Source: Desulfotignum sp.
GTDB taxonomy: Bacteria; Desulfobacterota; Desulfobacteria; Desulfobacterales; Desulfobacteraceae
DNA: 64,000 nt
Reading direction: 5' to 3'
NCBI GenBank assembly: GCA_046260585.1
Contig: JBHEOW010000001.1
Coordinates: 45,242 to 109,241 of the forward strand
Below are positions 63,212 through 64,000 of this stretch, in pieces. Every line of letters starts with the position of its first letter. The stretch's first letter is position 1. The position numbers and the translations under genes are program-made. Below the pieces are notes generated by a model, which worked only from the letters and a program-made list of their open reading frames with translations, searched no databases and was not told where the DNA came from.

Positions 63212-64000
63212 ATGCAATTAGTTGAAACACTGGATCAGATTCCCACACCATTTCAAAATGCGGTGATCACCATCGGCAATTTTGACGGTGTGCACAAGGG
63301 GCACCAGGCACTGCTCCAACAGGTCATCAAAAAGGCCAGGCAGATATCGGGCACATCCGTGGCACTGACATTTGAACCCCATCCTTTGCGGGCCCTGGGA
63401 CTTGCCAGTCCACCCCTGATCACCCGCCATGATCAGAAAATGGAGCTTTTGGAACAATCGGGCATTGATGTGGTGGTATGCCTTACATTTGACAAAGAAT
63501 TTGCCGCCATCACCGCCCATGACTTCATTTCTGACATCCTGGTGAATAAAATCGGCATGAAAGCGATCATAATAGGACCGGATTATACGTTCGGAAAAAA
63601 CAGAACCGGCAACACTGCGCTTTTACAAGAACAGGGCAGGATATTGGGCTTTGAAACCATTGTGGCGGACTGGATCAGTGACGCAGCCGGCGGAAGCCAA
63701 CGGATTTCCAGTACCCGCATCAGGGAAATCGTGATGAACGGAAAAGTGGAACAGGCCAAAAAATATCTGGGCCGTCATTACCAGATCCGGGGCAAGGTGA
63801 TTACGGGCCGTAACCGCGGGGGAAGCCAGCTGGGATTTCCCACTGCCAATATAAAACTGCATGATGAACTCTGCCCCAAATTCGGTGTATATGCAGTGAA
63901 TGTGGAAACCGTGTACGGCTCTTTCATGGGGGTGGCCAATATCGGGATTTCTCCCACATTTGACGACCAAATGTTTACCGTTGAAGTGCATATCCTGGAT
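63212..64000 (+). CDS. ribF: bifunctional riboflavin kinase / FMN adenylyltransferase; 3' end outside the window
   Basis: Not in the ORF track because it is open at the right edge. My own translation reads MQLVETLDQIPTPFQNAVITIGNFDGVHKGHQALLQQV..LTFEPHP.., the FAD synthetase N-terminal motifs. The riboflavin kinase part (..GRNRGGSQLGFPTANI..) follows. Confidence 0.9.
   Translation, partial: MQLVETLDQIPTPFQNAVITIGNFDGVHKGHQALLQQVIKKARQISGTSVALTFEPHPLRALGLASPPLITRHDQKMELLEQSGIDVVVCLTFDKEFAAITAHDFISDILVNKIGMKAIIIGPDYTFGKNRTGNTALLQEQGRILGFETIVADWISDAAGGSQRISSTRIREIVMNGKVEQAKKYLGRHYQIRGKVITGRNRGGSQLGFPTANIKLHDELCPKFGVYAVNVETVYGSFMGVANIGISPTFDDQMFTVEVHILD

Noticed and set aside
63218-63991. Minus-strand ORFs 63218-63520 and 63623-63991
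   Set aside because: Both are antisense to the clear ribF reading frame, which is open to the window edge and therefore missing from the ORF track. They have no motifs.

Overview
This 64-kb window looks like dense chromosomal core: about 55 protein genes, 4 tRNAs and RNase P RNA, mostly in tightly packed co-directional arrays. Housekeeping content dominates: guaA (5' truncated), rbgA, prc, ppiD, a two-component system with degP, serC-serA, prfC, mfd, ispD, rnpB, dnaG-rpoD, hisA/hisB and ribF (3' truncated).

The protein sequences, the moderate GC content and the gene content suggest a Desulfobacterota-type (deltaproteobacterial, sulfate-reducer-like) genome. The relevant genes are a CCG-domain Fe-S/FAD fusion, a CysZ-like permease, PrkA/YeaH/SpoVR, PilZ and a class III cyclase. 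This is an impression only, not a search result.

I saw no transposase, integrase, phage, CRISPR, restriction-modification or recognisable defence genes, so this is not an obvious accessory island and I cannot point to a clear-cut new system.

The candidates I consider most worth a second look are:
1. A serC-serA operon translationally coupled to a 1194-aa FAD/Fe-S/CCG oxidoreductase, a possible D-2-hydroxyglutarate recycling partner.
2. A four-gene prkA-yeaH-spoVR cluster that ends in a second, divergent PrkA paralog.
3. A 13-nt tandem array (about 5.5 copies) that is GGA/GGAUGU-rich on the transcribed strand, between two small genes.
4. A bacterial cereblon-like (CULT) protein with an intact tri-Trp pocket, 4 nt downstream of a CysZ/EI24-family permease.
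5. A 436-aa protein with a C-terminal HPr domain, directly downstream of an rnpB gene embedded in a protein-gene array.
6. An acidic protein with seven DLDDLxxL(V/I) repeats.
7. An orphan 117-aa flagellar-rod-like protein 3 nt upstream of an NlpC/P60 lipoprotein.
8. Several short head-to-tail duplications (11-19 nt) at gene boundaries, two of which create uORFs ending in an ATGA overlap with the main start codon.

All functional calls come from motif and family recognition by eye. No database search was run. Several start codons were moved from the ORF-track coordinates, which use TTG/GTG starts, to nearby ATG+RBS positions.
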